The notes under the pieces: model-generated
The model's input: the letters and a program-made list of their open reading frames with translations, nothing else
Told to the model about the DNA's origin: nothing
The model's database searches: none
NCBI RefSeq assembly: GCF_004010195.1
Contig: NC_057711.1
Span: forward strand, 76,002,208 to 76,066,207
Source of the DNA: Chiloscyllium plagiosum
Taxonomy: Eukaryota
Reading direction: 5' to 3'
Length of the DNA stretch: 64,000 nt
In this document: piece after piece, positions 62,578 through 64,000 of the stretch
How the letters are laid out: each line of letters opens with the position of its first letter
How positions within the stretch are numbered: position 1 is the stretch's first letter
Made by a program: the position numbers and the translations under genes

Positions 62578-63244
62578 CCTGGAAGATTGGAGAATAATTA
62601 GAAAAAAGTATAGCTGGATTTTGACTGGTGTGGCTTGATCCTGCTCCACGGAATCCATTATGGTTTCCAAATAATAGAATATTGTATGGAGCTCTGGTGG
62701 CTACAATGTTGCTGCACAATGATAGTTTAGCTTTTTTATGCTTAACAAGAAAATGGCTCAGACTATAGACCGTTTTCATTGAGTGGAAGATGATTTTACT
62801 CTGCATGGCAACAGCCAAATGCAATCAGTCACTATCACATGAAATCCAACTCATGGTATATTGCTCCCATGACCCATACCAAAATCCTTTGCTCTGTAGG
62901 CTGTAATTTTGTTTGTAATTAGTACATGAAATTGTCAACATAATATCAACAATGTTCTTTTTCCATGACATTCTTCTGCTGCTTTTTTTGGCCAGGAATG
63001 CGGTGAAGTCGTGTAAGAAACTTGGGTGTGCTTTCCTGGGTTTAGTGGCATTTTCACCTCCATACAAAAATGCTCCATCCTTTATTTGCTAGAGTTAACT
63101 CATAATATCCAGTACCTGTTCATACAATAGTCAAAACTAAAGTATGAAGCTGTGTTGGGGGGTTTTCAGGTATCCATAGCAGCCACCTAAAGCAAACATT
63201 AATCTCTTTAGATATGTGAGAGAGGTTTTAAAGGGTCTTTCTGA

Positions 63245-63415
63245 ATTTGAGCTGCCCTGAGCATATCAGCTACTAAGTTTGTCCCACTCACATTTTCCCG
63301 ACATGTGTGCAGCCTAATAAGGGAAGGTAGACCACACCTTCGTGTATTATCTCATACAGAAAGATAACACCTCCGCCAGCACAGCACTCTCTCATTAATG
63401 CAATATTGGGAATAT
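63245..63415 (-). mobile_element. Deu-domain SINE fragment
   Basis: atctcatacagaaagataacacctccgccagcacagcactctctca resembles the reverse complement of the Deu core. Confidence 0.5.
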
Positions 63416-64000
63416 CAGTTTAGGAAACATTTTCAAGTCCTTAAGAGGGGCACAAATACATGGAAGGGAAAGAGTAAGGTTTTGGGCGCAATAATGCACT
63501 TAGAAATGACAAACACACACATCATTCTCATGCAAAGTAATGACTCGCCACAAGCATGCAAAGCTGATTTGACTCAATTTTTGAAGCTTCGGGTTCACCC
63601 GAGGTTTTCTCTTAATTTCACGCAATTAAATAATTAAATATGTGTAAAAGAGCATGAGAACCATCTGACAGCATTGGTTCAAGGGATCATGATCAGCTAG
63701 TTTAGGTTGATTTCTTCTGGCTGTTACTCCACTTAAGTCATTTGGTGCTTCCTACAGAAGCTTCCTAAGTCAATAAGGAATGTGGCCGATGCTCAAACTG
63801 TTTTTGCTGACTTTAGGACTTACAATGTTGATGCTGTCAGACATGCGGGATTTGGAAATGAGCATTTCTGGTAGAGTGACACACAGAGTAAAAGAAACAG
63901 CTACAAGAAGCAGAAGGAAGAGGAGAAAAAGACTTCTCAGCAGGAGATCACATCCACCCTTGCTGCAGTCACAATGGAAACCCACAAGTACACAAAGGAT

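Noticed and set aside
834..63985. Remaining 60-160 aa ORFs in the track
   Set aside because: Most are antisense or off-frame readings of LINE, SINE or PLE sequence, or chance ORFs with non-ATG starts.
63757..64000. Plus-strand exon after cctacag (KLPKSIRNVADAQ..)
   Set aside because: It has an in-frame TAG, the product is unrecognised, and it is cut off by the window edge.

Overview
This is a repeat-dominated eukaryotic window with no intact host protein-coding gene that I can support. The repeat spectrum points to an elasmobranch (shark) genome (inference): CR1-clade LINEs with matching HE1-type SINE tails, Deu-domain SINEs, Rex1/Babar, RTE, Penelope-like elements (PLE), PIF/Harbinger and Tigger-like DNA transposons. 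The most striking system is a dispersed family of PLE-derived insertions carrying minimal hammerhead ribozyme (HHR) motifs: CUGANGA, an extra A, stem II, GAAA and a loop-less palindromic stem III. They fall into at least three sequence subfamilies with compensatory stem changes. Many are fold-back (inverted) insertions with 11-14 bp target-site duplications (TSDs) and a roughly constant 30-40 nt unpaired 3' tail. One copy is still attached to a GIY-YIG endonuclease remnant. Also present are a full-length CR1 nested in a PLE terminus, several decayed Harbinger elements (HARBI1-like DDE and Myb/SANT genes), a probable solo LTR with a second partial copy, and several template-switch scars. Family names come from recognising motifs by eye, not from database searches, and boundaries of old elements are approximate.
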